Source: Cetorhinus maximus
Lineage: Eukaryota
Length of the DNA: 64,000 nucleotides
Direction of reading: 5' to 3'
NCBI RefSeq assembly: GCF_964194155.1
Contig: NC_135894.1
Span: 16,616,001-16,680,000, forward strand
Below the pieces are notes generated by a model, which was given only the letters and a program-made list of their open reading frames with translations, had not been told where the DNA came from and did not search any database. A program made the position numbers and the translations under genes. Each line of letters begins with the position of its first letter. The first letter of the stretch is position 1. Shown in pieces: positions 23,681 to 35,091 of this stretch.

Positions 23681-24389
23681 TTTAGGTGCTAGAACAAAGG
23701 TGATACTGGGTTTTCAGTAAAGCTAAAACACCCTCCCTGACATTGTTATGACGAAGTTGCAATGCAACCTGTCAGATGCTAGCATGAAGCACATTAAGTA
23801 GCAAAACCCACAGCCTGTGCCCCCAGCTTTAACCATTATATTATCTTCGGCAAACCTAAAGGGCCCTTTTTTGTGTACAGTAAAGTGAATGGGGCAAGAA
23901 AAAAATCATCTCATCAGTACAAGGGGTAAAGGGGAGGCCTTTAGAGAAAGTGAAACCACTGAAGTTGGGTAAGAATAGCTTGCAGAAGTGTTGCTCCGCA
24001 TAATTGGTCAACTATTTAAAGCAGATTGCTTTCAGCGACTCCTGGGAGACACGCAAAATGTATGTTTATCTGGTAAACACGTATCTGAAAGTTCGCTTCC
24101 AATTAAACTCCAAAAGTATTTCAAAAATTGAAAATCAGAAAATGTAATGTTGAAAGTCTAGTAAATATTCACAAGAGAGAGAGTGGGAGCATGAGACCCG
24201 CCTTCCCCAGGTTGGCCATTTTTGGTGGATTCCTTCAAACCTTCTTAGCCCAGTTGAGAATCCTTGGGTTAGGGATTTGTATGGACTAAGTAGGGCATTA
24301 TATAAATTCCCCTGATCTCAAAGTTCTCTCCCCCAACTCCAAAAACAGTATTTAATATACATCTTAATCACAATCATCCCCCCACAAAT

Positions 24390-24720
24390 TAACAACTTAA
24401 ATTTTATATAGCATCTTTAATGTAATAAAATGTCCCAGGATGCTTCACAGGAGCATTATACAGCAAAATTTGACACTGAGCCACAGAAGTAGATATTAGG
24501 GCAGATGGTCAAAAGCTTGGTGAAAAAGGTAGGTTTGAGTCTTAAAGGAATGTCTTAAAAGAGAGGAGGGAAATAGAGAGGCAGAGGGGTTTAGGGAAGG
24601 AATTCCAGAGCTTAGGGCCCAGGCAGCTGAAAGCATGGCCACCAATAGTGGGGCAAAGGAAACTGGGAATACGCAAGATCCCAGAGGGCAGGTGGGCTGG
24701 AGGAGGTTGCAAAGGTAATG
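24390..24720 (-). mobile_element. L2-type LINE 3' end
   Basis: Minus-strand ORF PTIGGHAFSCLGPKLWNSFPKPL...LLSFKT is an L2 C-terminus. The tail reads gatgctatataaaatt. Confidence 0.75.
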
Positions 24721-26314
24721 TAAATGGGGGTATTAAGCAAGGTGATGCCAAGGAAACTTCTCCATCTAGCTGAATATTTCAGAGGCAGGCTGATGCGAGC
24801 TATATATGGGTTTCTGTTGGCGTCAATGAGTTCTCAGTGTGATCAGCAAACTGGACTGGGAAAAGGAAAATGTTATTTTACTTCACATCTTGTGGAAGGT
24901 TAGCACCAGCCGCCTTAACCATCCTCCCTGAAAAGATATGCAGCACATCCTGAAAGAATGGAAAGTTCTGTTACGACTGCTGCCTTTTACATCATCGGCT
25001 GCTGGCAGCATTCCCTCACCTAACCACAGCCCGCTTCCTGTAAAGCTTTCCATCAACAGCAGGTACTGTTAAAGCGGCCAGCTTTTCACTCAGCCTGCTC
25101 AGGAGCTGAAAACAATTGAGTCTTTGTTCTAAAACAAGACACTTATGGATGTTTGACTGTTATCTAAAGATCATTTGCACCCCCCTCCACCACCCCCCAT
25201 CTACCCCACCCTCCCTACCTCCCCCCCACAGCAACCCACCCCAACCCCGTACTTTTGTTTTGTGTATGTGTTTATGCTGCCTTGTGTTTTATATACTTAG
25301 CTGGTTTTTGTTGAGGTGCCAACTAACAATAACATTCTGTTTGAAAAGTATGTCAAGACTTTCAGGACTGAACAACTTCTCATATGTGGGGCGGGGAAGG
25401 GAAGCTCAGGCTTGACGTTGCTATTTCAGTTGGGTTTTGTGACAGCACAAAGATTCATTAATTACCGACATGTAACGTTAGACTGAGAAGTCTCTCTTCC
25501 AATACGGACATCAGCAACAAAAAGCAAATCGAGCCCCATTTTAAGTAGCGCATTCGGCCGGCAAAACTTGCCCAGAGGGCCAATTTCCCAGAAGTGTGCT
25601 CCCAGCATTGGGGATGGAACCTCAACCTCCAGGAGCAATCACTGGTGCTCTCCCCTTAATAACTCTCCATCCATTATATGCAGGACACCTATGATTTCCA
25701 AATGTGCACTTAAGGTTACCAACTCTGGTTTGACGTCTTCCTGGAGTTTGATCATGTGACATTTGATCACATGGCATTTGATCAGGTGACATTTTCCCAG
25801 TCTTACTGCATTGACCTGACAAGTGTCTCATTATCATCAAGATCCAAACAAATTATTTGACTCCGTTTTATGGTGATGAATCACATAACTGAAAAATAAA
25901 ACTTAAGATTAGATAATGTTTTGGCACACTTTTTTGTTTTTGCAAGGTATAAAAATAATGGGTGGGCCTTACCGGTGCTGCCGAAGTCAATGGGTTTTTG
26001 GCTGGTTCGCCACATCCACTGCGGTGGGGCCAGGAAATCCCGGCCAATGAAGAAAAAAAAATCTAAACCTAATTGAATTCACTGACTCCCACCCCGCACA
26101 AGGTGAGAGGTGAAGCTCAGTGCTCAGAAAGAAGCACCAAAGCTTTCTGACTTCCATAACTTAGATGATACAGCAGCACACATGCCAAGCCAATGAGAGC
26201 TTTCCCTCCCCCTGTCTGCGTTTCACCCTCCATCGCTCTTTCATTTTGTGTTTCTCTCATCCTTGCCCTCTCGCCTCCCCCCCGCCCCGTTTGTGTTTCT
26301 CTCTTTTGTGCGTC

Positions 26315-26745
26315 AGTCTTGTGGCTCAGTTGGTAGCACACTCGTCTCTGAATCACAAGGTTCTGGGATCAAGTCCCACTCCAGGGCTTGAGCACAAAAA
26401 TCAAGGCTGACACTCCAGTGCAGTACTGAAGGAGTGCTGCAAATGTCAGAGGTGCTGTCTTTCGGATGAGACATTAAACCAAGGTCATATCTACCTGACT
26501 CAGGTGGATGTAAATGATCCCATGGCACTATTTGAAAGAAGAGCAGGTGAGTTATCCCTAGTGTCCTGGCTAATATTCATCTCTCAATCGACATTACAAA
26601 AATGATGATTTGGTCATTATCAGATTGCTGGTGTGGAACTTTCTGTATGCATATTATCTGTCGCTATTCCTACATTACAACAGTGACCGTAAAATGCTTC
26701 AAGGCATCTGGTGACCATAACAAGCGCAATACAAATGCAAATCTT
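26315..26745 (+). mobile_element. Full-length Deu-domain tRNA SINE (SacSINE1/AmnSINE1-like)
   Basis: A box TGGCTCAGTTGG and B-box-like GGATCAAGTCC. Deu core gaggtgctgtctttcggatgagacattaaacc...gatcccatggcactatttgaaagaagagcagg. Tail aagcgcaatacaaatgcaaat. Confidence 0.8.
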
Positions 26746-28084
26746 TATTTTTTCGTTTTTTTCTCTCCCCTTCCTCCAGTTTCTGTTTTCCTCTCTCTCT
26801 CGGTCTCCCTCTCAGTTTGTTATTCAGAGTGATGATTCCACTGAACCACAGCTGACTGCTAAAATATACAAGATAATTCCAGATTACACACTTACTTTTG
26901 TTTTCTATAAGCGAAAATTCAACTAGGAAGAGGATTAAGTTAGAAGAGACATTTAAGTCACCACTTGGAGCAACAGGGTATAATTTTATCTTATTAAAGT
27001 AAATAGTTGAATTGACAGCCATGTAAAGTTGAAGTTACATTATTCTGTAACTGGAAGGGTTTAAACAACTTGTGACCTGACAGATTTGATTTTTTTCTTA
27101 AAAATTAAATTGTTTTCAGTTGCTTTAGTTTAGTGTCTTGCTCTACGTCGAATCTAATTTAGTTTATTTGTTTTGTAACCAAAAAGAGTTACACTATGGT
27201 CCTTTTTTTCTTGGAGAATGGTGCATGTAAACTGCTATCAGCTGTGGCCAAGTGGAGGAGTGACAATGGGCCAACAGTTGAAGGAGCTGCCAAAGTGGGA
27301 GAGGAGAGAACGAGTGTAAAACTGGTTTGCTTATGGTGACTGACAAATCAGACAACCATCCAGTCTGAGTGCCATAAAGCTGCAATGAAGTCTTATCCAA
27401 GGATGTGGAGTTTGAAAATGTGCATCTTATTGAAAAGGCTTATAAGCAATAAGTGCACGACTAGGCTGTCTACTCTAGTTTAATGGATCATGAGTTAAGG
27501 TAAGAAAATAAGGGACAGTTCCACTCAGTGTGTCCCCATACAATTACAGTGCCTTATGCATCATAATAACAGTCACTCCCTATCCACCAGTACCATGTAA
27601 TCTCCTGGGAAGGGAAAAAAATAAAAAAGCAGAAAAACTAGAACATTTCTCGCTGTCGCTTTTAAATGATCAAAACTAGTCGAGGGGATCACACTGACAT
27701 CGGTTACTACAACAAGTGTTATTACAGGTCTTGCACAAGGTGATATTCTAGAGGTTTTGTTACAGCTGCTTTGGTAAACTGAGACAATATTGGCTTTATG
27801 GTAGCATCATTAAAGGTCAGAACCAGTATCCCAGAAAGATAACAGAGGGCAAACGCAAACGGCCTCAACATTTCAAACACCAGCTGAACTGTAGAATCTC
27901 CAGAAATGTATGCTCCCACCCGTCGCTGATTAACAAGATAAATCTGATTCACCAATCAATATTCATTTTGATTTTCTCCCAAATTGCTCACAGCACCTGT
28001 CGGGAGATCAATTCCCTGAGGCTCCAGGGCAATCTAGGAGAGCCAGGAACCCCATGTATGCTCCAGGTCAGGAGGAACAGTCAT

Positions 28085-28210
28085 ATCTGATGAATAATTT
28101 AACGTCCAAATGTTAACCTATCTCACCACAGGTGCTGACTGACCGACTTACTGAGAGTTTCCAGCATTTTCTGATTTTGTTTCAGATTTCCAACATTTGC
28201 AGATTTTTCC
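28085..28210 (+). mobile_element. Degenerate Penelope-like element 3' terminus (second PLE family)
   Basis: tctgatgaa...aaatgttaacc...ccacaggtgctg...ctgagagtttccagcattttctgattttgtttcagatttccaacatttgcag, the same terminus as 33540-33673 and 49436-49572. Confidence 0.6.
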
Positions 28211-28314
28211 AAATATTTCATTCAGAACCTGTTGACCATCAAGATCTTTACCAAAAGCACAAGACTCATTTTACTGCGAATGAATAAATCACACCTTAAA
28301 GTAGGACATGTAAT

Positions 28315-29257
28315 TTTTTTTATTCATTCATGGGATGTGGGCATCACTGGCAAGGCCAGCATTTATTGTCCGTTCCTAATTGCCCTCAAGAAGGTGGTGG
28401 TGAGCTACTTTCTTGAACCACTGCAGTCCATGTGGTGTAGGTACACCCACCGTGCTGTTAGGGAGGGAGTTCCAGGATTTTGACCCAGTGACAGTGAAGG
28501 AACGGCGATATGTTTCCAAGTCAAGATGGTGAGTGACTTGGAGGGGGAACTTCCATGATGGTGGTGTTACCATCTATCTGCTTCCTCGTCCTTCTAGGTG
28601 GTAGAGGTTGCAGGTTTGGAAGGTGCCGTCAAAAGAGCCTTGGTGAGTTGCTGCAGTGCATCTTGTAGATAGTACAAACTGCTGCCACTGTACATCAAGG
28701 GTGGAGGGAATGGATGTTGAAGGTGGTGGATGGGGTGTCAGTCAGGTAGGCTGCTTTGTCCTGGATGGTGTCAAGTTCCTTGAGTGTTCTTGGAGCTGTA
28801 CTGATCCAGGCAAGTAGAGAGTATTTCATCACACTCCTGACTTGAGCCTCATGGACTGATGGTGGACAGGCTTTGGGGAGTCAGGAGATGAGTTACTCTC
28901 CACAGGGTTCCTAGCCCCTGACCTGCTCTTGTAGCCACAGTGTTTATATGGCTGGTCCAGTTCAGTTTCTGGTCAATGGTAACCCCCAGGATGTTGATCG
29001 TGGGGGATTCAGCAATAGTAATGTCATTGAATGTCATGGGGGAGTGGTTGGATTCTCTCTTGTTGGAGATGGTCATTGCCTGGCACTTGTGTGACATGAA
29101 TGTTACTTGCCACTTACCAGCCCAAGCCTGATTTTTGCCCAGGCCTTGCTGCATATGGGCAGAGACTGCTTCAGTATCTGGGTCATCGTGAGTGGTCCTG
29201 AACAATCAGTGAACATCCCCACCTCTGACTTTATGATGAAGGGAAGGTCATTGATGA
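28315..29257 (-). mobile_element. LINE family B, 3' ~940 bp
   Basis: Reverse complement of 4730-5655. Reads IINDLPFIIKSEVGMFTD, WAGKWQVTF...LGVTIDQKLNWTSHI and has the complete 3' tail. Confidence 0.85.
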
Positions 29258-29679
29258 TATTGTCATGTTCCAAATGATTACAATTTAAGCGCACTCTCAC
29301 TAACTCTCTTTCCCCACCAACATCCCTCTACCCTGTTACTTGATTAGTTCATTGTCCTCTTGCCTTTCTCTCTTAAACCAGGGTCTCACTGTGGGAGGGT
29401 GAAGTCTGCCTTGCTTATGGTGCATATTGGTAGCACTAGAATGGAACAAAGTTCAGTCACTAAGGTCAGCTGTTTCTGGACAGAGGAGGAAGCCCTGAAA
29501 TGAAATGAAACCCACTGAACTGAATGCAAACAGGGCTAGGTTCATCTTCTCCCAGAAGTCAGTATTACCACTGGAAATAAATGATGTTTAAACCTAAAAA
29601 CCCCTGCCTCTCTCACCTCAGTTTAGCTGATGAAGCAAACCTTCAATTTGTGGAAAAGTGACAGTGATGCCTTTGCTTT

Positions 29680-29940
29680 TTTTTTATTCATTCACTGGAT
29701 ACGAGCATCACTGGGGTTATCCGCATTTATTGCCCAGCCATAGTTTTGAAAACGTGATCAGCCCTCTTCTTGAGCCCCTAGCGATTTATTACAACTAAGT
29801 GTGTTTCTGGGCCACTTCAGTGGACAGCTAAGTGTCAACCATGTCAGCGTGAATTTGGAGTCACATATAGGTCAGAGGTCCTAAAGGATTTCAGTGAACC
29901 AGTTGGATGATATAATAATGCAACGTCTTTATGGTTACTT
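29680..29940 (-). mobile_element. SINE with LINE-B tail, partial
   Basis: ttttttattcattc...gcatttattgccc...tggagtcacatatagg...cctaaagga...gtgaaccagttgg. Confidence 0.6.
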
Positions 29941-30090
29941 CCGATTTTACCCATTCCCCTCCTTCCCAGAACCACAATAGAGTCTCCTTGTCCTCATTTT
30001 CCACCCCACCAGCCTCCACATTCAATGGATCATCCTCCAACAATTCTGCCACCAATGGGCGCAATGCCACGAAACACACCTTCCCATCGC
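29940..30090 (+). mobile_element. Penelope-like ORF fragment (RT-EN linker)
   Basis: After one frameshift it reads SPPSQNHNRV/LVLIFHPTSLHIQWIILQQF...ATKHTFP, resembling the PLE 'RVPLVLTYHP' linker. Confidence 0.55.
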
Positions 30091-30219
30091 GATTGCTGAT
30101 GCCAGTGCCCCATGCATTGAAGTCTCTCACACTCCGTTCTGAGCCATGCATTCAGCTCTCTGATCTGTTTGCCCCTATGTCAATTTGCCCATGGCTCAGG
30201 TAGCAATCCAGAGACTATT

Positions 30220-30890
30220 ACTAGATCCTAGATTCTCAAATTCCCTCAGCAAACCTCACTCTTAGTTCCATTTATGTCAATGGGTCCAGGAAGATTGGAT
30301 TCATGTGGACCAGGAAAATTAGATTCTGCCCCTCGCGCTCCAAGTTCTTTTCCAGTTGTGAGTCAATAGCCTTAACCCTGGCACCAGGCAGGCAACGTAG
30401 CCTTTGGGACTCCTGGTCACAATATCAACAAACAATAAATAGCCCCCTGACTATACTGCCCACTACCACTACTACATTCCTTTATACACACTCCACTAAG
30501 ATTGGCATCCTGTGCCACAAAACAAATTACCCATCCTCCCTGCAGCATTTGTTGTCATCCATGCTGTAACAAGCATCATCTACCCACTGGACAAAGTAAA
30601 GGGCCAAGGCCCCTCCCATCACTGCATTCTGGGTCCACATAACTGCCTGACACACCCTCCTTTAACCGACCAGTGACCACCTTTAAACTTCTCCCTAACC
30701 TAAGAAATTTGACTGCCGTCTGGATCAAGGTGTCCAGGTAAATCTCCTTCTTCCTGATGCATCGCAATGTCTGCGGATCAGACTCCAGCTCTGGGCTGAA
30801 GCTCCGCGAGGTACAGACATTTATTGTAGATGTGGGGCCTGTCCCACCAACTCCCATATGCTGCTGTTATGATAAACCGCCTCCTAGCCA
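30220..30890 (-). mobile_element. CR1 ORF1 fragment
   Basis: Minus strand ELESDPQTLRCIRKKEIYLDTL (leucine-zipper region), VVVGSIVRG and LRCLPGARV (SGNH esterase region). Confidence 0.65.
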
Positions 30891-31161
30891 TCCCTATCTA
30901 ACCTGCTATTATATATTTACTCAAGGCTAATTCAGGTTTTTATTTGCTCAATAATTTTAATTTTTTAATTTGAATAATTTTATCAATTAAATAGCTTATC
31001 TGATTTTTGTTAGTTATTTTTGTTTAACTAGTAAGCTTTATTAGTAATAAGGTTTATCAGTAGCAATAACGTTTATTATCTAATACATAGAGGAAAGGCA
31101 GAGCAGCCACATCCAGTGCTATGTGGACCTCCAAAATGCTTCCTGTGTCCTGGATAGCCGT

Positions 31162-31836
31162 GGGCAGAATTTTACACTGATTGGCCGACCCAATCGGACA
31201 AAAAAAATTGCGCGAGATGACATCAGGCAAGCTTCCCGACGTCATCCCGCGCTCGCGCCATATTTCGGTCAGCAGGCACGCGCAAAAGTTGGAAGGCCGT
31301 CCGCCGACAATGAAGAGGTGTAATTGTCTCTGATTTTTCGTGGTCTGTCCAACCTTACGGTTGGCGGACGGGCGAAGCGACCAGGCGGACTTTGCATTTT
31401 TCATGAAACCTCATCCAAGGGCGGGATGAGATTTCCGTTATTAAAGGAAAGAAAAATAAAAATCTATGTACAGCATTTTTATCCTGTATATGTTCAGGCG
31501 ACTGATTGTGATTCTTGGACAATTTTTTTCCCTGATTTTAAAAACTTTATTTATTGTTTTTCAGGTCTTCAGCTCCCTGAGGCAGCTCCCTGTCTTCAGG
31601 GGGCTTTCTGTCAACGCTCACCCACGCATGCACTGACGTCAGCGCCCACCCTTGTCCCGCCCCTGACCTGCAACTCTGAGCTTCTCAGTGTGCACGTCAC
31701 GCTAATGCTATCTGTCTCTCCCAGTATACAACCTGCCATTAACTGTGGCCAGCCAGCATGAAATCGCGGTTGGTGGCTGATTGCAGCTGGCAGTCCGTTC
31801 TCCAATCCCGGACCCACCCACCTAAAGACTCTGCCC
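31162..31836. mobile_element. Harbinger-type MITE (675 bp) inserted in CR1 ORF1
   Basis: TIRs GGGCAGAATTTTA / TAAAGACTCTGCCC with 3-bp flanks CGT/CAT. The CR1 ORF1 frame rejoins across it. Confidence 0.85.
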
Positions 31837-33110
31837 CATACGTGCAGGAAATGTCGCGACTTGCAGCAGCTCAAGCTCCAGGTTTCGAGCTTGAACAGCA
31901 GCTGGCGTCAGAGCGGCGCATCCATGAGGTTGAGAGCTTTGCTGATAACACGTTTATGGATATGGTCACCCTACAGCTTTAGAGCATGCAGGGAGAGAGG
32001 GAATGGGTGACTATCAGACAGCCAAGAAGAAACAGGCAGACAGCGCAGGAGTCCTCGGAGTGCATCTCACTCTCCAACCAGTCTTCCGTTCTGAATACTG
32101 ATGAGAGTGATGGTTCATCAGTCAACTCCATGGCACCACAGTTGGTTCAGCTGTACAGGGGGGCATGAAGCAGACTGGAAGAGCAATAGTGATAAGAGAT
32201 TTGATTGTTAGGGAACAGACAGATGTTTCTGCAGCTACAGGCGTGAATCCAGGATGGTGTGCTGCCTTCCTGGTGCCAGGATCAAGGATGTCACTGAATG
32301 GCTGCAGAGCTCCCTGAGTGGGAGGGGGGGGGAAGAGAGTGAAAAGCCAGCAGTTGTGGTTCACATTGGTAACAATGGCCTAGGCAGAAAGAGGGATGTG
32401 GCCCTGCAGTCAAAAGTAAGGGAACAAGGTAGAAAATTGCAAGCAGGACATCAATCTCCAGATTAGTCTCGATACCACGCACAAGCAAGTATAGAAATAG
32501 GAGGATAAAGCAGATGAATGCATGGCTGGAGAGATGGTGCAGGAAGGAGGGCTTTAGATTCCTGGGACATTGGGACTGGCTCTGGGAGAGGTGGGACCAG
32601 TACAGATCAGGCAGGTTGTATACTGGGAGAGACAGATAGCACTAGAGTAGAAAAGAGTAAGTTATTAGGTGGGTTCAGTAAGGGGGAAAGTAATAAAAAA
32701 TCTAAATTAGGGTTGCTGTGCATGTATGTGAATGTGCGGAGTGTGGGAAATAAGATTGGTGACATGGAAAAATGGTTTTGTGAATATATTGGAGACCTGG
32801 CTCAAAGAAATGCAGGACTGGGTATTAACTATTCCTGGATAGAAAGTCTTCAGGAAAGACAGGAAAGGAGGAAAAGGGGGTGGCACAGGTTGGTGGAATG
32901 GGGGGACAAATGGCAGATGAAACAATGCAAAGAAGTGTGAAGTGATTTAGTTTGGGAGGAAGAACATAGGGATACAATATAAAATAAAGGATACAATTCC
33001 AAAGGGGGTGCAGGAGCAGAGGGACCGGAGTGTATTAGTGCATAAATCATTGAAGGTGCCAGGACTGGTTGAGAGACTGGTACAGCATCCTAGGCTTTAT
33101 TAATGGGGGG

Positions 33111-33673
33111 CAAAAACAAAAATACCTGGAAAAACTCAGCAGGTCTGGCAGCATCTGCGGAGAGGAACACAGTTAACGTTTCGAGTCCGTATGACCCTTC
33201 AACAGAACTAAGTAAAAATAGAAGAGAGGTGAAATATAAGCTGGTTTAAGGGGGTTGGGATAAGTAGAGCTGGATAGAGGGCCAGTGATAGGTGGAGATA
33301 ACCAAAAGATGTCACAGACAAAGGGACAAAGAGGCGTTGATATTATCTAAAGGAAAGTGCTAATTAAGGGTAATTAGCATATTCCTTTAGATAATATCAC
33401 CACCTTCAACACCTCTTTGTCCTTTTGTCTATGACAACTTTTGGTTATCTCCACCTATCACTGGCCCTCTATCCAGCTCTACTTGTCCCACCCCCCCTTA
33501 AACCAGCTTATATTTCACCCCTTTTCTATTTTTACTTAGTTCTGTTGAAGAGTCATACGGACTCGAAACATTAACTGTGTTCCTCTCCACAGATGCTGCC
33601 AGACCTGCTGAGTTTTTCCAGGTATTTTTGTTTTTGTTTTGGATTTCCAGCATCCGCAGTTTTTTGTTTTTAT
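33111..33673. mobile_element. Fold-back Penelope-like element: 526-bp palindrome plus 3' tail, inserted in CR1
   Basis: 33111-33366 is the reverse complement of 33371-33636, with a 4-nt loop (aggg). A tail extends to 33673. TSD tttattaatggggg at 33096-33109 and 33674-33687. Confidence 0.9.
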
Positions 33674-34544
33674 TTTATTAATGGGGGCACAGAATACAGA
33701 AGCAAGGAAGTTATATTAAACTTAAATAAAAGATTGGTTTGGCCTCAAGTGGAGTACTGCATCCAGTTCTGGAAGCCACACTTTAGGGAAGATGTGAAGG
33801 CATTAGAAAGACAGCAGAAAAGATTCATGAGAACAGCTCCAGGGATGAGGAACTTCAGTTACGTAGATAGATTGGAGATTGTTTTCCTTGGAGAGAGGAT
33901 TGAGAAAAGATTTGATTCAAAATCATGAGGGGTCTGGGCAGAGTCGATAGGGAGAAACTGTTCCCATTGGTGGAAGGATAGAGGACCAGAGGACACGGAT
34001 TTAAGATGTTTGGAAAAAGAAGCAATGGCGACATGGGGAAAAATCTTTTCACTCAGCGAGTGGTTAAGATCTGGAACACATGGCCTGAGAGTGTGGTGGA
34101 GGCAGGTTCAATAAAAGGTACTTAAGAGGGAATTCAGTTATTGTCTGAAAGGAAGAACATGCAGGGTTTTGGTGAGAAGGTGGGGGAAGGTCACTATGTG
34201 AATTGTTCCTTCAGCATGCGAGCACAGACATGGCAGGCTGAATGGCCTCCTTCTGTGCTGTAACCATTCTGCGATAAAGTCAAAATCTTAAAACCACCAT
34301 AGAGGGATTTGAACTCTCCAGCCTAGACTTTCTCAAATTTGTGGAGACTCCACAGAGCTTCCAAAATGGTGAGCAGGACCTGGATCCAAGTCCCGCCCCC
34401 ATTTTCGACATCCCATTTTCGCCAGTAAGGGAAAGGGGGCAGGGCGCAAATCATACAGGCAGGAAATCCAAACTCAGCTGTGCCATTTGAACTCAGTGCT
34501 CAGAACAGAGGCTTAGAGAAGAATGGAAAGATTGATTTTTAAAA

Positions 34545-34715
34545 ATATATTCATTCATGGGGTGTGGGCTTCGCTGGCTGGGCCAGCATTTATTACCCAT
34601 CCCCAGTTGCCCTGGAGAAGGTGGTGGTGAGCTGCCTTCTTGAACCGCTGCAGTCCATGTGGTGTGGGTACACACACAGTGCTGTTAGGGAGGGAGTTCC
34701 CGGATTTTGACCCAG
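34545..34715 (-). mobile_element. LINE family B 3' tail
   Basis: attcattcatggggtgtgggcttcgctggctgggccagcatttattacccatccc...gggagggagttcccggattttgaccc. Confidence 0.75.
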
Positions 34716-34779
34716 GATTTTGATTCTGGGCCTCATGACTGTTATCAGAAAATGTAGGGCACCCTAGCTCCCCAATCTC

Positions 34780-35088
34780 CTCCAACCCTACAATCCTTTG
34801 AGATCACTGCACTCCTCTAATTCTGGTCTCTTCCACATCCCCAATTTTCATCGCTCCACCAGTAATACCCACATCTTTAGCGAGCAAAGCCTCAAATTCT
34901 AGAAGTTCCTTCCTAAATCTCTCCTCCTCTCAAACTCACTCCCCTCCTTTAAGCTGATGCTTAAAACATCCCTCTTTGATCAAGCTTTGTGGTCACCAGT
35001 CCTAATATCTTTTATTGTTGTTCGGGGTCAAATTTTGTCTCAGAAAACTCCTGAGAGGTACCTTGGACATTTTTATTATGTTAAAGTC
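34780..35088 (+). mobile_element. L2-type LINE 3' end
   Basis: tcctttaagctgatgcttaaaacatccctctttgatcaagctttgtggtcacc...ggggtcaaattttg...ccttggacatttttattatgttaaag. Confidence 0.7.
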
Positions 35089-35091
35089 ACT

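Larger units (their letters stand above)
31080..34272 (+). mobile_element. Internally deleted CR1 LINE (ORF1, ORF2 pieces, 3' UTR) carrying two nested insertions
   Basis: ORF1 ASCVLD[MITE]..CRKC..LQQL..ELEQQL..IHEVESF, MVCCLPGARIKDV, VVVHIGNN. Endonuclease start CMYVNVRSVGNK. RT C-terminus LVWPQVEYCIQFWKPH. Tail ggctgaatggcctccttctgtgctgtaaccattct. Confidence 0.85.

Noticed and set aside
26315-26400. tRNA gene (also 640-750, 19150-19235 and 23140-23210)
   Set aside because: A and B boxes are present, but there is no full cloverleaf, and each continues into a SINE body.
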